From assembly GCA_035620735.1 (NCBI GenBank), contig DASPGH010000051.1, positions 563 to 64,562 of the forward strand: 64,000 nt of DNA, read 5' to 3'. This DNA comes from Acidimicrobiia bacterium (lineage in GTDB: Bacteria > Actinomycetota > Acidimicrobiia > Spongiisociales > ZC4RG35). Each line of letters opens with the position of its first letter. Position 1 is the first letter of the stretch. The notes beneath the pieces are model-generated. The model worked only from the letters and a program-made list of their open reading frames with translations, made no database searches and had not been told where the DNA came from. Both the position numbers and the translations under genes were made by a program. Of this stretch, positions 54,748-63,300 are shown in pieces.

Positions 54748-57700
54748 GTTCCGTAGAGCCGCCGCGCAGCGCCATGCCGCCCCGACCGCCGCATGGCGAG
54801 CACCAGACCGAGGTGGGCCTTCTCGCTGAATGGATCTCTCTCGATCATCCGCAGGTACCGACGTGCCGCAGCGTCATGGTCCCCCTCCTCAGAGGACGCC
54901 TCGGCGAGGAGACGAGCGATCTGCAGATACTCGGTCCGCGCCTCCTCCCGCAATGAGATTGCCCAGTCGGCATAGGGCTCCTCCTCGAGGAACTCGCCCG
55001 AGTAACGCTCTTCGGCAACCAAGAGCAGATTCCGCCCACGGTCTCGGTCGCCTCCGAGCATGAGCCTGCGCCCGCGACGGGCGTCTTCAAGAAAGGCCTC
55101 TACGTCGATCTCAGCTCGATCGACATCGAACCTGACACTCTCTCGATCGGCGTCGAGATAGTCCACACCAGAGTCGCCGTTTGGATCGAGGACCTTGCGA
55201 ATTGTGCTCAGGGCTACCGAGAGCCGGTTGGATGCCCGAGAAGGCTCGTCATCAGGCCAGAGACGTTCCAGGATCACCTCGCGGTTGAGCGGGCGGCCCC
55301 TGACTGCGAGCAACATCCACAGGATCTCCCTGGCGACACGAGACTGCCAGGCCGCCCGGGGAACAGACTCACCTCGCACAACGACATCGAAACCGCCAAG
55401 CGTCTTGATCAACAGCTGGGGCCGATGGCGGCGAGTCAGGGTCGCCTCCACGGACCGCGCCTCCCGGCTGAGCCCGGCCGCACCGTGTCGTTTCAAGACC
55501 TCCGCAGCCTGAGCCGCCCTCATCGCTCCGGCTCGCCCCCCGGTGAGCCTGGCTCTGGCCACTTCCACCCGCGCCGCGGCGATGGGCACGTCGAGTCTGC
55601 GCCAGAGCGCCGACGCCTCCTCGAGGTGTAACTCAGCATTCTCTGGGTCGACCACGGACAACAGCTCCAGGGCCTCACCGAGACCAGGCAGATCTCTTCG
55701 GGTTCGAGCGACATGCGCCGCCTTATCTGCGAGCTCGCGGGCTGCCTCATGGTCGCCGCTGTAACGATGGGCCCAACCGGAAGCGACGAGGGCGAGAGCG
55801 TGCCCGATCCCGGCATCTGTGCTGATCGCCCTATCGGCCAACTCGACCGCGGTCTGCGGGTCGCGAGGCGCCAGAAGTCGGGAGAGACCGGTGAGCGCCG
55901 GCACCAGAACCTGCAGATCCTCTTGATCGCCCGCAACGTTCAGAGCCTGTTCGTACGCAGCGCGAGCACGCACCCGATCTCCTCGCAGCCGGTAGACCTC
56001 GCCGAGATGTGTCACCGGATAGGACTCGAGCAGCGAGCCGATCCTCCGGAATGCAGTGCGCGACTCCGTGAGGTCGGCCACAGCCTCCTCGAGACGGCCC
56101 CGATATGCGTAAACCTGAGCACGGTTGGACAATGACATGCCCCGCCACAGCTCGAAACCGGTCATGTCGGCGAGCCTGAGGGCAATCTCCAACTCGGCGA
56201 GAGCAGCGTCGAACTCTCCCTCTTCGAGAAAAGCGGAAGCTCGGTTGGAGCGAATGCGAATGGTCTGAACGACGTCTCGGCCCCGCTCGGCGTGCTCGAG
56301 CGCCTTGAGATAGTGGACGTCGTTGGCCGCCCGATCGCCGTCGAGGGCCGCTACCAGAGCGAGAACGGTGTGCGCCGTTGCCAGGGCCCTGGGGTCGTCT
56401 GACTCCCGGGCCAGTTCCAGGGCTCCGTCGGCAAGTGTCTTGGCTCGATCCCTCTCGCCCCTGAGCCAGTGAGCGCTGGCGTGCCAGCCGAGAAGTGCGG
56501 CCTCGTCCCGGTTGGCACCCGTTCCCTTCTCACCCCGGCCGTAGGTTTCCAGAGCCTCTGCGACCTTTCCCTGCATGTGCTTGAGAAAGCCCAGCCGCCA
56601 GGCCAGACCGGGTGGGATAGGACCCTCGTCGGGCACCAACACTCGATACCGCTCCTCGGCCGCCTCCCAATCGCCGAGGAGCTGGCGAGCTTCGGCGTCG
56701 ATGAGCGCGACCGTCGGAGTCACCTCGTCGGACGGCAGTCGGCCGATCTGGTCTATCAGCTGACGTGTATGCCCGGCGGCGATCATGGTGTCGCCCTCAC
56801 GAGTGATGAACTCGGCGACAGCTCGGGGCTCGTCGCAGCGAGAGGTGCAGGTCAGGGCCTCGATCAGATTGCCCTTCGAGCGATACCACTTCGCAGCCAC
56901 GGCAAGCAGCTCTCGATCGCGCTCGGCACTCGGTGGTTCTCTGTCCAAGAGGAATTCCCGGACGAGTGGGGCGACGACCTGAGCACCCGGGACGTCTGGG
57001 GCGGCACTCAAATACACCGAATAGGACCCCGGGCTCGGTGCCCCCTCTTCCAGACCGAGCGCGTTGAGAAGACCGTGCTCGAACCAGGGGAGAAGGGACA
57101 GTTGTCTGAGCCAGGTGACCGTCGTCGTGGCTTCGGCGGCGAGCAGCTCCTCGGCCAGGTAGTCAAACAGAGCTTCCCGCTCGACCAAGTGTCTATCCAC
57201 CGCGCCAACTCCCTGAGCTGCTGCTTCGACAGCGAGAACAACGGCGACCGGCCAGCCGGCGGTGAGAGATGCGACTTCTTTGGCCAGCTCCTGATCCTCA
57301 CGACCGAGCCGTGCGACAACTAGCTCCTCGATCTCAGTGATCGTGAATGCGAGATCCGAGGCATCCAGCTCATTGAGTTCGCCAGCAACCCGCATACGGG
57401 CAACGGGAAAAGGGAGACGCTGGCGTGAAGCGGTGACCATGCGCAGCCGAGCCGGAACGTGCCGGCACAAGGCCGCCAGGAAGTTGGCTCCATCGGCTCG
57501 CGTTCCCAACTCGTGGACATCGTCGAGGACCAGGACGACGTCCCGGCTCAGCACGAGATCGAGGTCGTGGGCGAGAGCAGCGGCGATGGCGACAGGACGC
57601 CCGGAATCGACCGACACATCGGGCCCGCGTGTTCCCTCGACCGCGGTGACCAGCTCCGCCGAGAGCTGAGGGACGACGAGTCTCAGCTTTCTCACGATGT

Positions 57701-57905
57701 TCCTAGCCAGAACCGAGAGTGATTGATCCGCTGGGCTCAGGGTGTGCCAGACAGCCGTACGATCGGCGAACGCCTGAGTCAGCAAGGTCGTCTTACCAGA
57801 GCCCGGTCCAGCGGTGACGGAGGTGAGACGGGGTCGGTTGGCAACGACGAGCTGCTCCACGAGCCGCGATCGCCGCACCAGTCCACCATCATCTGGTCGT
57901 CTCAT
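54693..57905 (-). CDS. large STAND-ATPase / TPR / SARP (wHTH plus BTAD) transcriptional regulator
   Basis: 1070 aa. It has an N-terminal P-loop GPGSGKTT with Walker B VLVLDDVH and a long TPR-like middle. The C-terminal OmpR-type wHTH (LLIKTLGGFDVVVRGESV ... ILERLWPDDE) is followed by a BTAD (YSGEFLEEEPYADWA ... EKAHLGLVLAMRRSGRHGAA). Confidence 0.8.
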   Translation of the reverse strand: MRRPDDGGLVRRSRLVEQLVVANRPRLTSVTAGPGSGKTTLLTQAFADRTAVWHTLSPADQSLSVLARNIVRKLRLVVPQLSAELVTAVEGTRGPDVSVDSGRPVAIAAALAHDLDLVLSRDVVLVLDDVHELGTRADGANFLAALCRHVPARLRMVTASRQRLPFPVARMRVAGELNELDASDLAFTITEIEELVVARLGREDQELAKEVASLTAGWPVAVVLAVEAAAQGVGAVDRHLVEREALFDYLAEELLAAEATTTVTWLRQLSLLPWFEHGLLNALGLEEGAPSPGSYSVYLSAAPDVPGAQVVAPLVREFLLDREPPSAERDRELLAVAAKWYRSKGNLIEALTCTSRCDEPRAVAEFITREGDTMIAAGHTRQLIDQIGRLPSDEVTPTVALIDAEARQLLGDWEAAEERYRVLVPDEGPIPPGLAWRLGFLKHMQGKVAEALETYGRGEKGTGANRDEAALLGWHASAHWLRGERDRAKTLADGALELARESDDPRALATAHTVLALVAALDGDRAANDVHYLKALEHAERGRDVVQTIRIRSNRASAFLEEGEFDAALAELEIALRLADMTGFELWRGMSLSNRAQVYAYRGRLEEAVADLTESRTAFRRIGSLLESYPVTHLGEVYRLRGDRVRARAAYEQALNVAGDQEDLQVLVPALTGLSRLLAPRDPQTAVELADRAISTDAGIGHALALVASGWAHRYSGDHEAARELADKAAHVARTRRDLPGLGEALELLSVVDPENAELHLEEASALWRRLDVPIAAARVEVARARLTGGRAGAMRAAQAAEVLKRHGAAGLSREARSVEATLTRRHRPQLLIKTLGGFDVVVRGESVPRAAWQSRVAREILWMLLAVRGRPLNREVILERLWPDDEPSRASNRLSVALSTIRKVLDPNGDSGVDYLDADRESVRFDVDRAEIDVEAFLEDARRGRRLMLGGDRDRGRNLLLVAEERYSGEFLEEEPYADWAISLREEARTEYLQIARLLAEASSEEGDHDAAARRYLRMIERDPFSEKAHLGLVLAMRRSGRHGAARRLYGTYVTRMAEIDVEPEPFPG

Positions 57906-58206
57906 CGCTGTCCTTTGGCCGGCGGGCCCCCGATCTCGGCCAGGAGCTCGAGCCGTGATCTCCCAACCTTAAGACAGCCTGAACGGCGTTGGATAATGTT
58001 CACGCCGAGGACGCCGTATGGAGGTCCGGGGTGCGGGTGGCGAGAGGCGCCGGGGGGCGCTGGGTCAATGGTCACCGGCATCGCGAGTCCAACCCGTTGG
58101 GTGGTCGGGACTGGGCATCGGACCTCTGTGGCCCGGGGACCCTTGTATGGGGCGGCCAGCGGTGGACGCGACCCGCGACGGGGCGCCTCCGCCGCTGGCT
58201 AGGGGG

Positions 58207-58707
58207 CTACACCCCTACCGACTGACTCCTGCGCTCGAGAAGCAGCACGTCGCGCCAGTTCCCGTTGCTGGCACCGATGCGCTCCCTGGTCCCGACGATG
58301 CGAAACCCGTGTCGCTGATGAAGACGCACACTCGCTTCGTTCTCCGGGAATATCCCGGCCTGAAGCGTCCAGAAGCCCTGTTGCTCACTGCATGAGACGA
58401 GTTCCCCCAGCAATGCAGATCCGGCTCCCTTTCCACGAGCTGCGGCGCCGACGTAGATACTCGCCTCCGCTACACCCCGGTAGACCTCACGTCTCGACGT
58501 CGAGCTCAGGGCGGCCCAGGCGACGACCTCACCGTCGATGTCGATGACGAGCCGGCAGGACTCCACGTGGCCCGCATCCCAGCCCTCCCAATCGGGAACT
58601 GAGGTCTCGAACGTGGCGATCCCGGTGGCGATCCCATCGGCGTAGACCCGAGAGACGTCGGGCCAATCCGAGGGCAGCATCGACCTGATCGTGAAAGATC
58701 CGGGCAC
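58207..58707 (-). CDS. GNAT N-acetyltransferase, phosphinothricin-acetyltransferase-like
   Basis: 166 aa with the PAT/Bar-type pattern IATFETSVPDWEGW ... RGKGAGSALL ... HGFRIVGTRERIG ... WRDVLLLER. Confidence 0.8.
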   Translation of the reverse strand: MPGSFTIRSMLPSDWPDVSRVYADGIATGIATFETSVPDWEGWDAGHVESCRLVIDIDGEVVAWAALSSTSRREVYRGVAEASIYVGAAARGKGAGSALLGELVSCSEQQGFWTLQAGIFPENEASVRLHQRHGFRIVGTRERIGASNGNWRDVLLLERRSQSVGV

Positions 58708-58742
58708 CTCGCTGACTCTACGGCTGTCGAGCCAATCCTCTC

Positions 58743-59159
58743 TCAGGTCCAGACGGTGACGATCAGACCCACGATGGCATAGGCGATGATTGCGTTGACC
58801 CCGTTGATCAGGAAGTAGCTGTTGCCCTTACCTTCGTAGACCTGGTTGACGAGCGCACTGACCATCCCGAAACCGACACCCAGGACCACACCGAGCACGA
58901 TCCCGTCGGCGGCGGTCTCGGCGCCGATTCCCCGGGCGAGGAGGGCAATGACGATCGTGGTGATGAAGTAGCCGATGAGCGTGGGGATGAACAGAAGGGC
59001 CAGCGGAGGTCCGTCTCCGCTGGGGTCGACCCTGGCGGCACTGGCCCACGCCTTGCTGAGAGGCGGGACCGAGTACCAGATGGCTGAGAACGCGAACCAG
59101 GCGATGGTGGCGACGACGATCGCCAGCCAATTCAACTCTCCGAACAGATCGAGAATCAT
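58743..59159 (-). CDS. DUF1761-family membrane protein
   Basis: 138 aa with 4 TM segments. The N-terminus LNWLAIVVATIAWFAFSAIWYS is typical of DUF1761. Confidence 0.65.
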   Translation of the reverse strand: MILDLFGELNWLAIVVATIAWFAFSAIWYSVPPLSKAWASAARVDPSGDGPPLALLFIPTLIGYFITTIVIALLARGIGAETAADGIVLGVVLGVGFGMVSALVNQVYEGKGNSYFLINGVNAIIAYAIVGLIVTVWT

Positions 59160-59284
59160 TCTGTGGAGCCTCCTCTCGTTGCGGCAACGCTAGTGCTCCA
59201 TCGACTGGCTAAGCAGCCAAGAGCCCTGGTGTATCGGCGTGTCGAGATCCCCGACCGTCCGTTCGCTCATGTCCTGGATGAGGT

Positions 59285-60050
59285 CTACCCGGTCCCACGC
59301 GCTCGAAGCTCTCCGACGACGCCATTGAGCACGTCTGCCACGGGGTCGGGCTGGTCGAGATGCACATCGTGGCCGCTGTCGTCGATCTCGACCACTTGTA
59401 AGCCAGGTCGTGCTGAGATCATCTCCTCGATCTCATCGTCAGCGATTACGCCATCAGCTGCCCTGATCAAAGGTGAGCGCTGAGAGCTGACTCCACTCGT
59501 GAGCTCGACTAGTTCCCGCTAGGGCACGCATGGTGGCAAGCATGGCCGGAGGATCGAAGCGGGACACGAATCCGTTCGGCGTCGTGGCCCGCCCTTCGAC
59601 CCAAGCCGGTGTGGAAAGCCGTCCTTTCCAAAGAAACGCGCTGCTTCTTGTGTCGGCGAAACTGCCCGGCCATCTATCGAACCATGAGCGGAGAATCCTT
59701 TGCGCAGTTTTCTGATACCCAGCGGCTACGCATGGGCCTCCTCCAGCTACACACGGAACGACTACCTCGACCACTGGGCCGATGGCGGAGAGACCACCGT
59801 CAAAGAGGCGTCCTGCTCTGCCGGTCCTGCCACAGTGAGAGCATGTCAAACAGCGGGAACAGAGACGCACCCGAACCCGAACCTAGGGGTGGCAGTTTCC
59901 CCACCACCCCGGAAGAAACCGAGCAGCAAGCGGAATCCGATTGGTCGTTGACTGGTCGCACTCGTCCCGAGGGCTTCGAAGAGGCGGGCCCGGGCATGCC
60001 GTGAAGGCCTGGGTCGAAGCCGTTGGCGCGCTCAGGGACTTGGAGCCTCA
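59285..60050 (-). pseudogene. alpha/beta hydrolase pseudogene (multiple frameshifts)
   Basis: The C-terminal piece LIRAADGVIADDEIEEMISARPGLQVVEIDDSGHDVHLDQPDPV (59285-59470) is a typical hydrolase end. The preceding piece FDPPAMLATMRAL...SQLSALT is in another frame. The nucleophile-elbow region is degenerate (VVPCVAGGGP). Confidence 0.45.
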
Positions 60051-60217
60051 AATAGACACATCGAGTCCGCCTCGATGGCCGGCACTCCTTGGCACCGGGT
60101 GGAGGTTCTATAGAGGGTCTCGATCAAAGCAGGTGTCTGATGACTGTGGACCTGATCGGCGCTGCTGGCATGTCCATTACAGGACCGTAAACGCCTTTGG
60201 CCGCGCTTTACCTTCGG

Positions 60218-61333
60218 CTATGGGACGAACGGCGCGGCGGTTTCAGCCTTCGAGCGTCGCTGATGGTCTGTGGTGATCGCATCGACAAAGTTGGCCAGGC
60301 TCTGGTTCGCCATCTTCTTGATGAATACCATTCCAATCCGGAAAAGAGCCTCCGACCAGCGGGGTCCCCTGAATCCTCCCCATTGCCGGATCAGGTGAGT
60401 GCCGGTCGGAGTCTCCTCGAGGTAGGTGACGACCAGCCCGCTTCCCTTCAGCGGCTTGGGCAACATGTCTTCGGTCACCACCTTCGTGAACGGCTCCCAC
60501 TCGAGAATCGTCTGAGGCGTCACCCTGTTGCCGTGATAACACCGATAGACGCTGCCGACACCGACTCGCCCTCCGACGCGATCGGCGATCTCCACCCTCT
60601 CGACTCCCAACAGGATGTTACGAAACACTGGTGAGGACAGGTAGTCCCACAAGACGGCAGGGCTCATAGCGACATCGGCTTCCTGAGTGAGCAGCCGTTG
60701 GGAGTCGTCGAGAGTGATCCCCGGCTTGTCCGTTTGGTGATACACCTCGCCCAAGTCCTGCACGTAGGTCTTAACCAAGCCAAAGTCGGCAACATCCTCT
60801 TCATGTGGCACCAAGACCGTCACCTCTCGTAGACCAAGGCGATCCCAGGCGGAGTGTGTGTAGACGCAATAGGCATTCAGCCCGAGCCGATCGGTCACCG
60901 TGTTCTTCAGCAACCGGTGCACCAGGTTGACGTCGGGTCCCAACAGCTCGTCGTAGCTTCCGATGCGCTGAACCAGGAACGAGCCGAAATGGATCACGAA
61001 TTTGAGATCAAGCGACGACACATTGGCACATGCATTGCATTGACAGGTGTTGTTGAGGACCATCAAGTCGATAGCTCGACGGAACGCCACGTAGGTGCCC
61101 TCGACGAGGTCGAGAAACGTTCGACCGTCGCTGAAGGCATGCTCGAAGGCGTACGAGAACACGGCGTCCCCCTCGAGTTTCGAGATCCTCATCGGGGGGC
61201 CGGCATGGTCGACGAGGAGTTGGAGCAGGTCGGTGAGAGTCCCTCGTGCATGTTCGAGTTCGGAATCGTTGAGATATCCGGTGTAGCCAGAGATGTCCGC
61301 GACACAGAGGAACGCCTGTTGCTCTTCGGGCAT
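60218..61333 (-). CDS. DUF2652-domain protein with SRPBCC-like C-terminal half
   Basis: 371 aa. The segment FLCVADISGYTGYLNDSELEHARGTLTDLL ... KLEGDAVFSYA ... NTCQCNACANVSSLDLKFVIHFG ... DVNLVHRLLKN matches DUF2652 as I remember it. Confidence 0.65.
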   Translation of the reverse strand: MPEEQQAFLCVADISGYTGYLNDSELEHARGTLTDLLQLLVDHAGPPMRISKLEGDAVFSYAFEHAFSDGRTFLDLVEGTYVAFRRAIDLMVLNNTCQCNACANVSSLDLKFVIHFGSFLVQRIGSYDELLGPDVNLVHRLLKNTVTDRLGLNAYCVYTHSAWDRLGLREVTVLVPHEEDVADFGLVKTYVQDLGEVYHQTDKPGITLDDSQRLLTQEADVAMSPAVLWDYLSSPVFRNILLGVERVEIADRVGGRVGVGSVYRCYHGNRVTPQTILEWEPFTKVVTEDMLPKPLKGSGLVVTYLEETPTGTHLIRQWGGFRGPRWSEALFRIGMVFIKKMANQSLANFVDAITTDHQRRSKAETAAPFVP

Positions 61334-61618
61334 ACCAGCCTGAGCCTAGGTGCCAATATCGAGGCCCGGTCTCAGAGGTCAGGTCGGTATTGAAGTCGAG
61401 GGCTCGAACGATCCCGATCTCACATCCGGGCCAATTGGGTCGAAACGTCCGGCTGCGTCAACGATCCCCCGCACGACGAGGCACTTCCCGTGGGGTTAGG
61501 TGCCAATGCAACTCGCCCGTCAATGGCCGATCAGCCGAATGGGTTACCAAAGGTCGTCATGCTCGAACCCCACGACGAGCACGGGACACTGAAATTCACT
61601 GCTTCACGGATTTCGCAG

Positions 61619-61648
61619 CGCGCTCGGAAGGACTCGAACCCTCAACCT
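61619..61648 (-). pseudogene. tRNA 3'-end fragment (variable loop, T-arm, acceptor 3' strand)
   Basis: The minus-strand RNA reads AGGTT-GAGGG-TTCGAGT-CCTTC-CGAGCGC-G, a canonical T-arm with G53 and C61. No matching 5' acceptor strand, D-arm or anticodon arm could be folded upstream. Confidence 0.45.
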
Positions 61649-62092
61649 CCTGATCCGTAGATCTCCAAGCGGCGTCCAGAGGCGTCCAAGCGGAGTCCAT
61701 CCCTGCAGGAAATGCGGGCTCTCGAGTCCACCAGGGGTCGATGGCAGTCCGTGAGCATACGCAGAGAATGGCTCTCCACTTTGCTCACAGACCCGCCACG
61801 GCCAACCCACCGCGACCAGGCGGGATTGGAGTTAGGGCCCAAAGACCCTATCCCGACCGAGCATCGCGACCCTAGTTTCGCTGGAAAGGCGCGGGGATGA
61901 GCTGATGACCCATGCAGAGTTCAAACCGGTGATCGCCTCGGGGGAGAGACCCGTTCGCCCAGCATGCTCGATTCGACGCGAGGGTCCCGCCTCACGTTCC
62001 CAATTCGTCGGTCAGCCAGCCAGGACGACCATCAGCGACCTCCAAGGCTCCTTCATCGGAAGTTCGTACCACCGACTATGGAAGGTGAATCC

Positions 62093-63043
62093 ATGAGACC
62101 AATGAGACGGCTGATCGTCCTCGTGGTGGTGAGCATGCTCGCCGCAGCGTGTGGCAACGGCGGGGGGGAGGAGGAGTCGACTTCGACCACGATCGGACCC
62201 GCCGCGACGACGACGGAGGCGACAGTCACCACGGAAGGGGGCGCGACGACCACAGAGGGCGAGCACGAAGAGGGGGAGGAAGAAGACCACGAGCACATGG
62301 AGCGCACGATCGAGGCCCCATCAGCGTCGATCACTGTCGACGGCGACGCCTCCGAATGGGACGCGCTACCCGGTCTGGACGTCACACTCGAGTCGATCCA
62401 GGGCGTCGACGTTGAATCGAGGATGGCGACGGTCAAGGTGGCTCATGACGGCGAATATGCGTATGTCCTGCTGAACGTCGAGGACGATTACAACTGGAGC
62501 GCCGAGGACGCCCATTTGTCCGCATCTCTCGCCGTGATGTGGTCCGTCGACACCGGGGCCGGTCCTCACATGGGGACAGAGGACGACGCGGGGGAGGGCC
62601 CCAGCCTCGGAATGGTCGACATATGGCACTGGGAGCTGGAGTGTGGTCTGGGTGAGGAGCAGGGGGGCAGGGTCTCCGGTCCCGGCGAGGGATTCCCCGG
62701 TAACGACGAAGCCTGCAACTTCGACGACGAATTCGCCACCGACCCCGAGACCCGTTTCGACGACGGCGACACCGAGGGCCCGGCAGGGAGCGGAGCCGAG
62801 AACAGTCTGCTTGGCGTGTTCAGCCACACAGATCCCACCGAAGATGCTCCGGGCACCTGGACTTTCGAGATGAGCAGGCCGTTGCAGACGGGGGACTCAC
62901 AGGACGGGCAACTCACCATCGGCGAGACAGCACTGATGGCCCTGGCCTACTGGGATCCCGACAACAGCGTCGAGGGCTGGGACGACGATCAACACGTCCA
63001 GAGCGCCAATCAGGGCTGGATCGAGGTTTTGATAGGTTCGTGA
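62093..63043 (+). CDS. lipoprotein with EB_dh/DOMON-like (haem-binding type) domain
   Basis: ATG 62093 follows GGAAGGTG within ORF 61964..63043. It has a lipobox MLAAACGNG and a Thr/Glu/His-rich tether. The body has ITVDGDASEWDALPG ... VKVAHDGEYAYVLL ... DIWHWE, which resembles the ethylbenzene-dehydrogenase gamma/DOMON family. Confidence 0.55.
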   Translation: MRPMRRLIVLVVVSMLAAACGNGGGEEESTSTTIGPAATTTEATVTTEGGATTTEGEHEEGEEEDHEHMERTIEAPSASITVDGDASEWDALPGLDVTLESIQGVDVESRMATVKVAHDGEYAYVLLNVEDDYNWSAEDAHLSASLAVMWSVDTGAGPHMGTEDDAGEGPSLGMVDIWHWELECGLGEEQGGRVSGPGEGFPGNDEACNFDDEFATDPETRFDDGDTEGPAGSGAENSLLGVFSHTDPTEDAPGTWTFEMSRPLQTGDSQDGQLTIGETALMALAYWDPDNSVEGWDDDQHVQSANQGWIEVLIGS

Positions 63044-63300
63044 CCATGGAGGACCCGCGGCGGTCATCGACCGACCCGAGGAGGGACATGAGCTGGGTCG
63101 GGGCCGGGATCCGTGCCCTGCTCATCCTCTTCTATTTCGCGACGGCGACCGTTTGGCTTCCATCCGCCCTGTTGCGGACCGAGCCGGTCGCAACGGCGTC
63201 GAGATTCTGGGCCGACCTCATAGCCCTGCTCGCCTGGGGCATTCCCTTCGTCTTCGGGCTCTGGGGCCTCCGTACCTTGCAGCGGAGGGGCTGGATCTGA
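63040..63300 (+). CDS. hypothetical small membrane protein (86 aa, 2 TM)
   Basis: ATGA overlap with the upstream stop, and its own stop overlaps the next ATG (TGATG). Confidence 0.5.
   Translation: MTMEDPRRSSTDPRRDMSWVGAGIRALLILFYFATATVWLPSALLRTEPVATASRFWADLIALLAWGIPFVFGLWGLRTLQRRGWI

Noticed and set aside
61380-61700. A complete tRNA or tmRNA gene.
   Set aside because: Only the variable loop, T-arm and acceptor 3' strand fold. No complementary 5' acceptor strand (plus-strand CGAGCGC or wobble variants) occurs within 120 nt. The would-be anticodon region forms only a 4-bp stem with a 4-nt loop. The acceptor sequence is not tmRNA-like.
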